From positions 776,939 to 840,938 of the forward strand of contig OZ245000.1 in assembly GCA_965223375.1 (NCBI GenBank): a stretch of DNA of 64,000 nt. Reading direction: 5' to 3'. The translations under genes were made by a program, and so were the position numbers. The stretch comes from Candidatus Rariloculaceae bacterium. GTDB lineage: Bacteria > Pseudomonadota > Gammaproteobacteria > Steroidobacterales > Rariloculaceae. Shown one piece after another: positions 30,477 to 40,248 of the stretch. Below the pieces are notes generated by a model. The model was not told the DNA's origin, did no database searches, and was given only the letters and a program-made list of their open reading frames with translations. Each line of letters starts with the position of its first letter. Position 1 is the stretch's first letter.

Positions 30477-32739
30477 TGGGGTCTGCTCCGAGGTCCACTT
30501 CTACCGCCTGATAACCGGCGGCCCTGATCGCGTTGACGACCGGCGCCCGATCGCCGTCGCAGATCGCAATGATCGAACCACCGCCACCCCCGCCCGTGAG
30601 TTTCGCGCCGAGGGCACCGCTTTCCCTGGAAATGTCGACCAGCTGCTCGAGCTCCGGCGTCGACACCTGCAATGCATTGAGCATACCGTGACAGATGTTC
30701 ATCAGCTCGCCGAGCTGCTTCAGATCGTTATCCCGTATCGCCTGCACGCCACGCAACGTGAGGGCGTCGATCTGATCGAATATCCGTTCGTAGAGCTTGG
30801 GATCCTGCTTCCACGCATCGCGGACGCGGCCGACGGTTCTTGCGGTGAGCCCTTCGTAGCCGGTCATGCCGATCACTGCCGGAATCGGCTGCACAATATT
30901 GAGCGGCTCGACCAGCGGCGGATCGCCGGGCCGGTACACCAGCGGCTTCGCGTAGCACGCCAGCGTATTGTCGAGCCCGCTCGGGCTCCCGTGGGCGACT
31001 TTCTCCGACTCGAACGCCAGCGCGTTGACCTCTTCGTCGGACAAGCCGAGACGGAAGTGCTTGTCGAGCGCCCTGACGATCGCAACGGCCATTGCCGCGG
31101 AGCCCCCGAGACCCATGCTGCGAGGCACTTCCGGAAAGACCTCGATGCGCATCCCGCGACCGCTCAGACCCAGCTTGTCGAGCACTACGCCGGCCGGGCG
31201 CTCGAAAGAACGGCGCTCGTGAGGATTCGATGCGAGCTCGTACTCGACACCCCAGCGCGGAATCAACAGATGCAGGCCCCGGTCGCAGTCCTCGACCATC
31301 GCCTTGATCGCCATCGGGACCGGCGCGGCGATCGCATGCCTGCCGTAGACGACCGCGTGCTCGCCCAACAACACTACCTTGCCGTAGCCGACTCCCATTG
31401 ACTCGTCGGTACGGCGCTTCGGACCGGGTGAATCGCTCTGCTGGCCCTCGGCCTCGATCTCCCCGATGATTTCCTGCGCCTTCCAGACCTTGATCACGCC
31501 ACTTTGAACGAGGCGGTCGAGCACCTCGTCGAATATCTCGTCATTCGCACCCGCGGCAGTCACGACGCTGCGGGCATGAAGGGTCATGTGACCCTTCTGA
31601 ATCCCTTCCGTCGCGAGCGCGCGAATTGCCGCGAAATTCTGTGCCAGGCCGACGCAGGCCATGATCTCCGCGAGCTGCATCGAGGACTCGACCTCCAGCA
31701 GGCGCAGATTCAGCGCAACGGTCGGATTCGATTCGAGCGGCGCTCCGACGATACCGACCTTGATCGGGATCTCGATCTCCCCACACAGGTTACCGTCGTC
31801 GTCCGCATACCACTTCGTCAGCGACGTATAGCGGCCGCCGCGTGCCGCATACGCGTGGGCACCCGCCTCGATCGCCCGCCAGTCGTTGCCGGTGGCGATC
31901 GCAACCGGATCGATGCCGTTCATGATGCCCTTGTTGTGCGTCGCGGCGCGGTACGGATCGACGGCGGCGAACTCGGCCGCAACCACGATTCCGTCGCGGG
32001 CTTCCTCGCCGGAATAGCCGCGACCCGCGAGCTTTTCGACGGGAATCCTGCAGGCGGCCCGGGCGACGGAGCGATCCGTCAGATTGGAAAGTATCCGCAG
32101 AAAGACCGAGCCGCCGGTCAACGACTCGATCAGCGGTGCGACGCCTTCACACATGCCATTGACGAGATTGGCGCCCATCGCATCGCGTGTATCGACGAGC
32201 AGATGAACGACCAGCATACGGCTGCCACTCGACGGCTGCGGATGCACGTGCAGCTCGATGTCCCGGGCACCGCCGCCACGGGCAACCATGTTCGGATGAA
32301 AGCTGTTCGCGAGATTCAGAATCTCGCGCTTGTGAGCCGTCAGCGTCTCTTTGGCCCGTTCTATGTCCGTCAGACTGACGATCTGGATCTGGCCGATGAG
32401 CACGGGATCGGTCGCCGAGGCCGTGAAGCCGCCGGCGCTTCGCACCAGCTTGCAGGCCGATCCCAGCGCGGCGACCACCGAAGGCTCCTCGACGACCATC
32501 GGCACGATGTGCTGCCGCCCGTTGACGAGGAGGTTCATGCCGAGGCCGAGCGGCAGCCCCATGACGCCGACGACGTTCTCGATCATCTTGTCCGCCGCTG
32601 CGGGATCGAGTGTGTGCCTGCCTGTTGCAAGCGCGCGGAAGTCGTTGGCGTTCAGGAGACCCCGCTCCTGCACGGCGCGCAGCCGCTCTTCGACACTGAG
32701 CTTGTAAAACTCGGGGATTCTCAAGCGCTCGTCGGACAC
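30466..32739 (-). CDS. mvaA-mvk: fusion protein: class II HMG-CoA reductase (aa 1 to about 425) + mevalonate kinase (aa about 448-757)
   Basis: The N-terminal half is near-collinear with Pseudomonas mevalonii HMGR (IENVVG, VVEEPSVVAA, DTRDAMGAN, DPYRAATHNKGIMNGIDPVAIATGNDWRAIEAGAHAYA, ALATEGIQKGHMTLHAR). A polar linker EAEGQQSDSPGPKRRTDES follows. The C-terminal half is a GHMP kinase (GKVVLLGEHAVVYG, GLGGSAAMAVA, GAKLTGGGGGGS). No stop codon lies between the halves. Confidence 0.85.
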   Translation of the reverse strand: MSDERLRIPEFYKLSVEERLRAVQERGLLNANDFRALATGRHTLDPAAADKMIENVVGVMGLPLGLGMNLLVNGRQHIVPMVVEEPSVVAALGSACKLVRSAGGFTASATDPVLIGQIQIVSLTDIERAKETLTAHKREILNLANSFHPNMVARGGGARDIELHVHPQPSSGSRMLVVHLLVDTRDAMGANLVNGMCEGVAPLIESLTGGSVFLRILSNLTDRSVARAACRIPVEKLAGRGYSGEEARDGIVVAAEFAAVDPYRAATHNKGIMNGIDPVAIATGNDWRAIEAGAHAYAARGGRYTSLTKWYADDDGNLCGEIEIPIKVGIVGAPLESNPTVALNLRLLEVESSMQLAEIMACVGLAQNFAAIRALATEGIQKGHMTLHARSVVTAAGANDEIFDEVLDRLVQSGVIKVWKAQEIIGEIEAEGQQSDSPGPKRRTDESMGVGYGKVVLLGEHAVVYGRHAIAAPVPMAIKAMVEDCDRGLHLLIPRWGVEYELASNPHERRSFERPAGVVLDKLGLSGRGMRIEVFPEVPRSMGLGGSAAMAVAIVRALDKHFRLGLSDEEVNALAFESEKVAHGSPSGLDNTLACYAKPLVYRPGDPPLVEPLNIVQPIPAVIGMTGYEGLTARTVGRVRDAWKQDPKLYERIFDQIDALTLRGVQAIRDNDLKQLGELMNICHGMLNALQVSTPELEQLVDISRESGALGAKLTGGGGGGSIIAICDGDRAPVVNAIRAAGYQAVEVDLGADPNGA

Positions 32740-33729
32740 CTAGGCGATTTCCTCGACTTCAAGCCCTGCCTGATCCGGCACGATATCGATGACCCGGTAG
32801 CCGCGGTCGCCCACGGCCGCACGGAACGCGCTCAGCTGCCCGGGGTCCGCGCTGGCTGCGATCCCCAGGTCGCCGCCGCCGGCGCCACTCACCTTGTATG
32901 CCACGTTGAACCGCCTGGCCAAACTGCCGATCTCCCTGTGCTGACTGGTTACCAGGTCGACGCCCATCGCCTCGCCGAGACGATCCAGGCAATCGCCGTA
33001 CGCTGCCATTGCCGCCATCAGCCGGTCCCCGTCACCATCGCTGACAGCCCCCGCGCCATCGGCAGCCAGGTCAGCCATTGCTGCCAGCATCGCCCGCGCC
33101 GCCGAGGGCTGCGCGCGCTGCCATTGCCGATACCGTCCCACCAGGTCGGCCGTCGAGGCAGAGCTGCCGGCAAAAATACCCGCGAATCCTACACTGTTCG
33201 GCAGCCGGACTGAACCAAAATGGGGCACGAATTCGGCATCCAGGCGATACTCGAGCACGCCTCCGCGGCAAGAGCAGGCGACGTCGAGCCCGCTGCCAGC
33301 CCCGCCCTGAAAGCGCCTGTGCACGCTTATCAGCTCGGCGGGATCGGGCAAATCGTCCGATCCGGCCGCGCGCGACCAGACACCGGCCCAGGCCACCAGC
33401 GCCGCGGCGCTCGAACCGAGGCCGAGCTTCGTCTTGCCGAGCCAGAACGCCCCGGAATCGAGGCGGCCGCGCCACGCAGGCCACGCGATCGGCGGCGCCG
33501 TCCCGATGAACTCGTCGACGAGCGTCGCACCGGTCGGCTCACCGGCAAAAAACTCGAGCAGGGTCTCGGCGTCCGTGCGCAGCATCAGCGCGGACCGCGG
33601 ACCGGGAACCGGCTCGATCTCGGCTACGACGTGCCGCCCGACCGCCATGACCAGCGCGGCAACGCCATCGAGCACCGCGTATTCGCCAAGCAGCACGAGC
33701 TTGCCGGGCGCGCGCGCGATGATTCTCAT
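32740..33729 (-). CDS. mvaK2: phosphomevalonate kinase (GHMP family)
   Basis: From ATG 33729: MRIIARAPGKLVLLGEYAVLDG, GLGSSAAALVA and KVSGAGGGDLG. ATGA overlap with the mvaD stop, and its stop abuts the start of the fusion gene. The PMK assignment rests on context plus the GHMP motifs. Confidence 0.7.
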   Translation of the reverse strand: MRIIARAPGKLVLLGEYAVLDGVAALVMAVGRHVVAEIEPVPGPRSALMLRTDAETLLEFFAGEPTGATLVDEFIGTAPPIAWPAWRGRLDSGAFWLGKTKLGLGSSAAALVAWAGVWSRAAGSDDLPDPAELISVHRRFQGGAGSGLDVACSCRGGVLEYRLDAEFVPHFGSVRLPNSVGFAGIFAGSSASTADLVGRYRQWQRAQPSAARAMLAAMADLAADGAGAVSDGDGDRLMAAMAAYGDCLDRLGEAMGVDLVTSQHREIGSLARRFNVAYKVSGAGGGDLGIAASADPGQLSAFRAAVGDRGYRVIDIVPDQAGLEVEEIA

Positions 33730-34727
33730 TCGGCCGTTTCCGCCGAGTCCGGCAGCGTCTCTATGCCCGGGCCAAGGCCGGTCACGATCAGGTCGACGAC
33801 GCCCTCCACTGCGCGCAGTCTCTGCTCCACGGCCGGCGCCGCCTCCGGCAGGCAAACTGCCTTCACCTGCGGCCCGGCATCGATAGTGAAGAACACGGGG
33901 CTACCGGCGGCACGCAGCTCACGAACCGCGGCAATGCACGCAAGCGTCGCCGGCCTCCAGTAGATGAGCGGCGGGTCCGTCGTGATTGCCGCAGCATGCA
34001 TTTTCAGGCAACTCGACTCTGAGACCCGCGCCAGGCTGTCGAAATCGCGCGCATCGATCGCGTCGCGCGCGGCCCGCATGTCGGCGTCGTGCGAGTCAAC
34101 CCAGGCCGCATAGTAGGCCGACGACGCGGCCGACTGCGTCATGCCACGACCGGAGCTGACCGCCTTCCTGCCACCGGCCGTAATGGCGACGATGACGGTC
34201 AGCGGCCACGCATCGGCTTCCAGCAGCGGCTCGGCATACGCATCGGAGCCGTCTTCGTCTCGGCCGCGGTGCATCCAGACGTAGCCTCCGTGCAGCGACC
34301 GCGCCGCCGAGCCGGACCCCCGGCGAGCGAGAATCGTGAGCTCGCGATCGTCGAGGTCGAGCGAGAGGGCCCGCGTTGCCGCGGCCGTCAGCGCCGCGAA
34401 TCCGGACGCCGACGACGCCAGACCCGCGGCGGTCGGGAAGTTGTTCCGGCTCACGATGCGTGCCCGCAGGTCCGTGCCGGCGACTTCGCGAACGAGGTCC
34501 AGCCACTTCGAGACGCGGCCGACTTCAGCGTCGCGGGTCTCGCCGTCGAGAACGAGCGTGTCGGCCGCGTACGCCCGATCGAAAGAAACGGTCGTGTCGG
34601 TCCAGAGACGATCGAGTGTGATCGACACCGATCCAACAGCCGGTGTGTTCAGCACCGGATCGCGCTTGCCCCAATACTTGACGAGCGCGATATTGGAACG
34701 CGCTCGTACACTGGCCGTCGCCGTCAA
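33726..34727 (-). CDS. mvaD: diphosphomevalonate decarboxylase
   Basis: SNIALVKYWGKRD, SITL and TAAGLASSASGFAAL motifs. Confidence 0.9.
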   Translation of the reverse strand: MTATASVRARSNIALVKYWGKRDPVLNTPAVGSVSITLDRLWTDTTVSFDRAYAADTLVLDGETRDAEVGRVSKWLDLVREVAGTDLRARIVSRNNFPTAAGLASSASGFAALTAAATRALSLDLDDRELTILARRGSGSAARSLHGGYVWMHRGRDEDGSDAYAEPLLEADAWPLTVIVAITAGGRKAVSSGRGMTQSAASSAYYAAWVDSHDADMRAARDAIDARDFDSLARVSESSCLKMHAAAITTDPPLIYWRPATLACIAAVRELRAAGSPVFFTIDAGPQVKAVCLPEAAPAVEQRLRAVEGVVDLIVTGLGPGIETLPDSAETAE

Positions 34728-34757
34728 ATCTCAGCCCTCACTTCTGTCTCCACGCGG

Positions 34758-35747
34758 TCACCTGACGTAGCCGTTGACCGCAAACCATGACAGGGCGTCC
34801 CGAATCGCCTCCTCCGGCGGTCGCGCCTGGTACCCGAGCGCTGCCCTCGCCTTCGCACTCGAGAAGTACATGTGCTTGCGGGACATTCGCAACCCGTCGA
34901 GCGTAACCGGCGGCTCGATGCGCGTCAGCCTGCCGATCAACTCACCGACGAGCGCGACCGGATAAATCGCTGCGCGCGGCAGACGGATACGCGGAGGCCT
35001 GCGATTCGCGAGCCGGGCAACGGTACCCAGTATCTCCCGCAGACTCATGTCGTCGCCACCGAGCACATAACGCTGCCCGGGCTCGCCTCTGTCGCGTGCC
35101 AGCAGATGTCCGGCGGCGACATCGTCGACATGGACGATGTTCAGCCCGGTATCGACATAGGCCGGCATACGGCCGGAAGCCGCGTCGACGATGATCCGAC
35201 CCGTCGGCGTCGGCCTGATGTCGCGCGGTCCGATCGGCGTCGACGGGTTGACGGTAACAACCGGGAAACCGAGCGCCCTGCTGCGCTCGCGCACGACCTG
35301 CTCGGCGAGAAACTTCGAGCGTTTGTAGGGTCCGATCATGTCGGCCAGCGCCACCGGCGTTTCCTCGTCGGCCGGCGTTCTGTCGTCGTTGATTCCGAGC
35401 ACGGCGACGCTCGACGTGTAGACCATGCCTGCCAGGCCCGCCTCGGCGGCACACTCGACGACATTGATCGATCCCTCTACGTTGGTCGCATACATCGGCG
35501 CGGGATCCGGGACCCAAAGCCGATAATCGGCGGCGACATGGAAGACGTACCGGCCGCCACTAAAGGCACTGACCAGGGACTGACGGTCGCGCAGATCGCC
35601 CTCGACAATCTCGACGTCGAGACGCTCGAGATTGCGCCTGTCACTGCCGGGGCGAACGAGTGCCCGGACGAGTTCGCCTGCGCCGAGCAGTCGTCGCACG
35701 ACGGCGGCGCCGACGAAGCCGTTCGCGCCTGTGACGATTGCCGTCAT
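34758..35747 (-). CDS. hpnA: hopanoid-associated NAD-dependent sugar epimerase/dehydratase HpnA
   Basis: IVTGANGFVGAAVVRRLL Rossmann motif and YxxxK (YKRSK). Length and context match HpnA. Confidence 0.75.
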   Translation of the reverse strand: MTAIVTGANGFVGAAVVRRLLGAGELVRALVRPGSDRRNLERLDVEIVEGDLRDRQSLVSAFSGGRYVFHVAADYRLWVPDPAPMYATNVEGSINVVECAAEAGLAGMVYTSSVAVLGINDDRTPADEETPVALADMIGPYKRSKFLAEQVVRERSRALGFPVVTVNPSTPIGPRDIRPTPTGRIIVDAASGRMPAYVDTGLNIVHVDDVAAGHLLARDRGEPGQRYVLGGDDMSLREILGTVARLANRRPPRIRLPRAAIYPVALVGELIGRLTRIEPPVTLDGLRMSRKHMYFSSAKARAALGYQARPPEEAIRDALSWFAVNGYVR

Positions 35748-38350
35748 GTCCGCTTCCTTAGTGCCAGCAACGACGGCAGCAGTATCAGGGTAGCCGCAAG
35801 CGTTACGAGCATGCCTATCGTCAGAAGCTTGCCCATGCTCGCGGTGCCGACGTGACTCGAGAACGCGAGGTTACCGAAACTGGCAATCGTCGTAAGGCCG
35901 CTTGCGAGCACTGCGCGTGACGTGCTGGTCGCAAATGTGCCGCCCTCGCGCGGCTCCGTTCGGTTGCGGTGCACGATGTGGATGCCGTTGTCCACACCGA
36001 CACCGATCAGCAGCGGCAAAGCGATGATGTTTGCGAAATTGAAGGGCAGCCCGAACCAGACGGCGATTGCAGCTGTCGTAGCCGAGGCGAACAGAATCGG
36101 CAACAGCACCAGGATCGTATCGCCGATGCGCCGGAGCAGAATCAACAGGAGAATCGCGACGACGCCGAGCGCCAGACTCAGCGCCTGGCGGAATGCGCCG
36201 ACTATCGTTCGCGACGCCTCACGATAGACGACGGGCAGCCCGGTAGCGTTCGGCACGACCGCTCTGACTGCATCGACGAAACGGGACGCCGCCTCATTGT
36301 CATTGAGGTCTTCAGCAGGAACGAACTCGACCAATTCGCGCCCGTCGGGGCCGATCCACCGTTCGGCGAGCGCCGCGGGCAGATCGGACACCGTGAACGG
36401 TTCGGCGTCGAGGCCGGCAGCCAGCCGGCCGATCTGCGTGGTGAAATCGGACCGCAATGCGCGGTCGAGAGCTGCAGCGCGCGCCACTCCCCCGGCTGCG
36501 TCGGTCGCTGCGGACACGCCCAGCCAGCGCTCGATCGCTGCCGCGAGGCGCGGCGCACCGGCCACGCTTTCGCCCCGAACTGCAGTCAGCAGGTCGCGCA
36601 TCGCCCGTTCCAGCTGTGTGGCATCGAATGCCTGCGCGGTGACATTGCCGAACCCGGCGCCGAGCACGAAGCGCAAGTCGTCGAGCACGAGCAGCTTCTC
36701 TTCCTGGTCACCAGGCACCAGTGACGATGCGCCGACGACGCGGTCCACCAGCGGATCGGCGGCCAGCGCCGCGCGCCATCGGTCGACATCTGTGCGGTCT
36801 TCGGCGATCGCCAGCATGCTGAACATCGGCGCCTCGCTGCGTTCGGCCAGCTCGCTCAGCAGCCGGACCGACTCCGACTCCGGATCGCGCAGATGAATCG
36901 GGTTGCTGTCGAATTCGAGCCCCGGCAAAGCCAGTAACGAGGCGATCGACAGCGCGGCCGCCATGACGACCACGACACGTGCGGCACCGCCGGCGCGCGC
37001 CGGGTTGAAGGCGCGCACCGGCAGCCTTGCGGATGCCGCCGAGAACTCGCCGGCCGGCCTCCATGCGACGGCCAGCAGCGCGGGCAGCAGCACGAGGCTG
37101 GCCACGAGGCTGATGAACATCCCGCCACCTGAAATCAGACCGAGCTCCGAGACGCCATCGAAGTCGGTTGGCATGAATGCGAAGAAGCCGGCAGCCGTCG
37201 TGACTGCACAAATGACCAGCGATGCCCCGACCCCGTGTGCCGTCCGCGCCAGGGCTTCGACTCGCTCGATTCCCGTTGCGAGCAGCTCCTTGTGCCGGAG
37301 ACAGAAATGCAGAATGAAATCGACGCCAAGGCCGACATAAAGCACCGCGAAAGCCACTGAAATCAGATTCAGATGCCCGACGGCGAACGCTGCGAACGCG
37401 GCCGTGAATACCAGGCCGGTGAGCAGTGTAAGTATCGAGACGATCAGCAGCACGACGGATCGCAGCGTCCAAAGAAGCACGACGACGACCATGACGAGCG
37501 CGGCGATGCCGGCCGCTGCAGCCCCCCGGGTCACGCTGATCAGCTCCTCGTGCTCCATGGCCACAGTCCCGGAGAGCCTGACGGTCACCGGCGCCGCAGC
37601 AGCCTCGGAAACCTGCTCCGCCGCGTCCCGGATCGCGTCGATAGCGGCGGCGGCCGGTTGCACGCGCCCGAAGTCGAGCACCGGCCGCAGCAGCAGCAAC
37701 GGCGTTGCAGTCGAAGCGGCATCGACCTCGAACAGTGATTGCCAGCGAAGCAGCCGGGACGCGCCGTCCGCGTCTGCTTCGATCGTCAGCGCGATCTCCC
37801 CGAGCAGGCCTTCGATACCGTCGGCCACGGACAACTCGTCCGCGGTAACGGCCATGGCAGCGACGTCGAGCACGGCCGCTCCGCCGAAGCCGCGGCTGAG
37901 GCGGCCGACGAGAGGCTGAGCCGCAACGAGATCATCGCTGAGCGATTCGAGTTGTCCGAGAGAGAGATAGAGCAAGCCGTTGCGATCGAAGAACTCGCCG
38001 AATCCGGCGAGAAAGACGCTCTCGAAATGTGCGGGTTGCGCGGCGAGGGTCGCGGCGAGCGCCCGGGCGGCGTCCGTTGCGACGTCCGGGTTCGCCGCAT
38101 CGACAGCAACGATGATGTTGCGATCGCGGGCCGGAAACGCCTCCCGAAAAGCAATGAAATCCCGCCGCCACTCGAGCTCCGGGGAAATCATGTTGGCCGT
38201 GTCCGTGTTGATTCCAAGGTTGCCGGCGACGTAGCGGCCTGCTCCGCTCGCGAGCAACATCACGCCGACAATGACGATGATCGGATGGCGGCCTACCGCA
38301 CGCACGAGCGTCGCGAGCGGGTCACCGATCAGACTGCGTTCCGTGCTCAC
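35744..38350 (-). CDS. hpnN: RND/MMPL-superfamily hopanoid transporter HpnN
   Basis: 868 aa with two 6-TM bundles separated by large periplasmic loops, MMPL-like. 4-nt overlaps with the hpnG stop and the hpnA start. Confidence 0.8.
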   Translation of the reverse strand: MSTERSLIGDPLATLVRAVGRHPIIVIVGVMLLASGAGRYVAGNLGINTDTANMISPELEWRRDFIAFREAFPARDRNIIVAVDAANPDVATDAARALAATLAAQPAHFESVFLAGFGEFFDRNGLLYLSLGQLESLSDDLVAAQPLVGRLSRGFGGAAVLDVAAMAVTADELSVADGIEGLLGEIALTIEADADGASRLLRWQSLFEVDAASTATPLLLLRPVLDFGRVQPAAAAIDAIRDAAEQVSEAAAAPVTVRLSGTVAMEHEELISVTRGAAAAGIAALVMVVVVLLWTLRSVVLLIVSILTLLTGLVFTAAFAAFAVGHLNLISVAFAVLYVGLGVDFILHFCLRHKELLATGIERVEALARTAHGVGASLVICAVTTAAGFFAFMPTDFDGVSELGLISGGGMFISLVASLVLLPALLAVAWRPAGEFSAASARLPVRAFNPARAGGAARVVVVMAAALSIASLLALPGLEFDSNPIHLRDPESESVRLLSELAERSEAPMFSMLAIAEDRTDVDRWRAALAADPLVDRVVGASSLVPGDQEEKLLVLDDLRFVLGAGFGNVTAQAFDATQLERAMRDLLTAVRGESVAGAPRLAAAIERWLGVSAATDAAGGVARAAALDRALRSDFTTQIGRLAAGLDAEPFTVSDLPAALAERWIGPDGRELVEFVPAEDLNDNEAASRFVDAVRAVVPNATGLPVVYREASRTIVGAFRQALSLALGVVAILLLILLRRIGDTILVLLPILFASATTAAIAVWFGLPFNFANIIALPLLIGVGVDNGIHIVHRNRTEPREGGTFATSTSRAVLASGLTTIASFGNLAFSSHVGTASMGKLLTIGMLVTLAATLILLPSLLALRKRT

Positions 38351-39108
38351 GCGCTGATCCGCTCGGCCGGGTCGAACGCGAAACGGGAGCCGCCCAGGCA
38401 GGCGGCGATGCCCCGGAGCGCCGCGTGTGCCTTGGCCGACCGCCGCCCGAGCTCGCGAAACTCCCGAAGACTCGACGGCCGGCGAAAGAGCGCCCGCACG
38501 ACCCGCGGCACGGACACTCCGCCACGCGCCGTTACGAGCGTCGCAACATCTTGCAGCAAGGCATCGGCCGGGCCGTCGACGACGGCGCGGACGACCAGCA
38601 GCGGAATGTCCTGTTGTGCGGCCGTCGCGGCTATCGCATAAGACTCCATGTCAACGACGGCTGCCGCCGGAAACCGGGCGGCGAGTGCAGCCTTCGCCCC
38701 GGGCGTCGTTACCGGCTCACCGGCATCGACCACTTCCCCTTCAAGCAGCTCGAACCGACCGGCAAGCTCGGTCATGACCCGAGCGCGCCAGCGAGAGTCG
38801 ACTTCGATGGCCGGCCTGCCTTCCCGCAGGACCCGGCGGGGCAGGCAGACGACTCCCGTGACTGCGTCGGGCGCGATCCCGCCCGCTACACCCCAGGAGA
38901 CGAGTGCCATGGCGCCGCTCCGCACCGCCCGTGCCGCGGCGTCGCCGGCTGCGGCGGAACCCGGGCCGGATTGAATCACTTCGATTCCGCGCCCGCTAAC
39001 GGCGTGCCCCGTCAGCGTGCGGCGCTCGGTTGCGAGCGCGGCAATCGCGGCGATCGCGCCCGGCCGCCCGGCAATTCGTTGCCCCGGTTCACCGGGGTCG
39101 GGAGACAC
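38347..39108 (-). CDS. hpnG: hopanoid-associated phosphorylase/nucleosidase HpnG (PNP_UDP_1 family)
   Basis: Nucleoside phosphorylase-fold motifs (LVSWGVAGGI, VVDMESYAIA) and operon position. The GTG start at 39108 overlaps the sqs TAG by 1 nt. Confidence 0.7.
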   Translation of the reverse strand: MSPDPGEPGQRIAGRPGAIAAIAALATERRTLTGHAVSGRGIEVIQSGPGSAAAGDAAARAVRSGAMALVSWGVAGGIAPDAVTGVVCLPRRVLREGRPAIEVDSRWRARVMTELAGRFELLEGEVVDAGEPVTTPGAKAALAARFPAAAVVDMESYAIAATAAQQDIPLLVVRAVVDGPADALLQDVATLVTARGGVSVPRVVRALFRRPSSLREFRELGRRSAKAHAALRGIAACLGGSRFAFDPAERISA

Positions 39109-40205
39109 TAGGAAGCTCCGGAAACCGTCCCGAAATGATGAACGCCCGGAAACGGCGCCGGCACGGCTAACGGCAGCCCATCCGCGGCTCGATCGAAGAC
39201 GAGGCGCAACGCCCGGTTGCTCATCAGTGTCATGTTCGTCGTCATGATCGTCGCCTTGACGGTCCGCCGGGAAACCTTGACCTCGGCACCCGAGCTGAAC
39301 GCGGGATTCGCATGGATCTTACGCAAGGTGAGAACGGCAAGACCGATCGCCCACAGGCAGAACTTGCGTATCCCGGTCTCGCGCTTCGGAATCCTGCAGG
39401 TGTATTCGAGAGCGTTTCGCAGATGCGCGTGCGCAACTCCGACAAGCTCGGCAAGACCGGCAGCGAAATCCTCTGTCGTGTGCTGCGCTTCGATATCGGT
39501 CAGCTTCACGCCATGCGCAGCAAAAACGGACCGCGGCCACCAGCACGTATCGGCTTCGCGATCGTCCCAGACATCCTTGAGAATGTTCGTCATCTGCAGA
39601 CCCTGACCGAAAGAAACAGCAAGCCGCATCATTTCGTCACGCTCACTGCCGAGGTCCGGGCAATGCTGACAGAAGAGATCCGTCAGCATTTCGCCGACCA
39701 CGCCCGCTACGTAGTAACAATAAAGATCGAGCTGCGGCAGATCCGCAAGCCCCTCCAGACTCTTGTTGCGCTGGAACGCAGGCATGCCGTCGCACATGAT
39801 TCTTACGCAGCGCTCGATCGCCGACCGGGATTCGGCAGGAAAGCTGTGCAGAACGCGGATCACCTTGTCCGTGGCAGCCACAAGCTCGCGCTCGGCAGCG
39901 AGCGTGCGATTGCTCAGCAGCGGCGCCAGATCCGCCGCGAACGATTCCGGGTTGTCGACGCCTTCGACAACGGCGACGAAACGGGAGTGGAATTCGGACT
40001 TCTGGACATCGTCCAGCCCGACGTCATCCTCGATCGTATCGGCAAGGCGGCAAAGCAGATAGGCGTTCGTTACGACCTCTGACAGCGGCGAGGGCAGTAC
40101 GGGGATAGTCAGTGCGAACGTGCGCGAAACACCTGGCAGTATCCCGGCCTGATAGGCGAGGTCTGCCCGCGCGGCTGCCTCTGCGCGAGGTGATTGGGTA
40201 TTCAC
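39108..40205 (-). CDS. sqs: squalene synthase (single-enzyme, eukaryote/Methylococcus-type; squalene/phytoene synthase family)
   Basis: 365 aa with SRTFALTIPVLP...AYLLCRLADTIEDD (first Asp-rich motif) and GEMLTDL...QMTNILKDVWDD (second). It is longer than HpnC/HpnD-type proteins. Confidence 0.75.
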   Translation of the reverse strand: MNTQSPRAEAAARADLAYQAGILPGVSRTFALTIPVLPSPLSEVVTNAYLLCRLADTIEDDVGLDDVQKSEFHSRFVAVVEGVDNPESFAADLAPLLSNRTLAAERELVAATDKVIRVLHSFPAESRSAIERCVRIMCDGMPAFQRNKSLEGLADLPQLDLYCYYVAGVVGEMLTDLFCQHCPDLGSERDEMMRLAVSFGQGLQMTNILKDVWDDREADTCWWPRSVFAAHGVKLTDIEAQHTTEDFAAGLAELVGVAHAHLRNALEYTCRIPKRETGIRKFCLWAIGLAVLTLRKIHANPAFSSGAEVKVSRRTVKATIMTTNMTLMSNRALRLVFDRAADGLPLAVPAPFPGVHHFGTVSGAS

Positions 40206-40248
40206 GACTGCATGCGCGGCACACGCGGTACGGTGTTAGGATTGCGCG

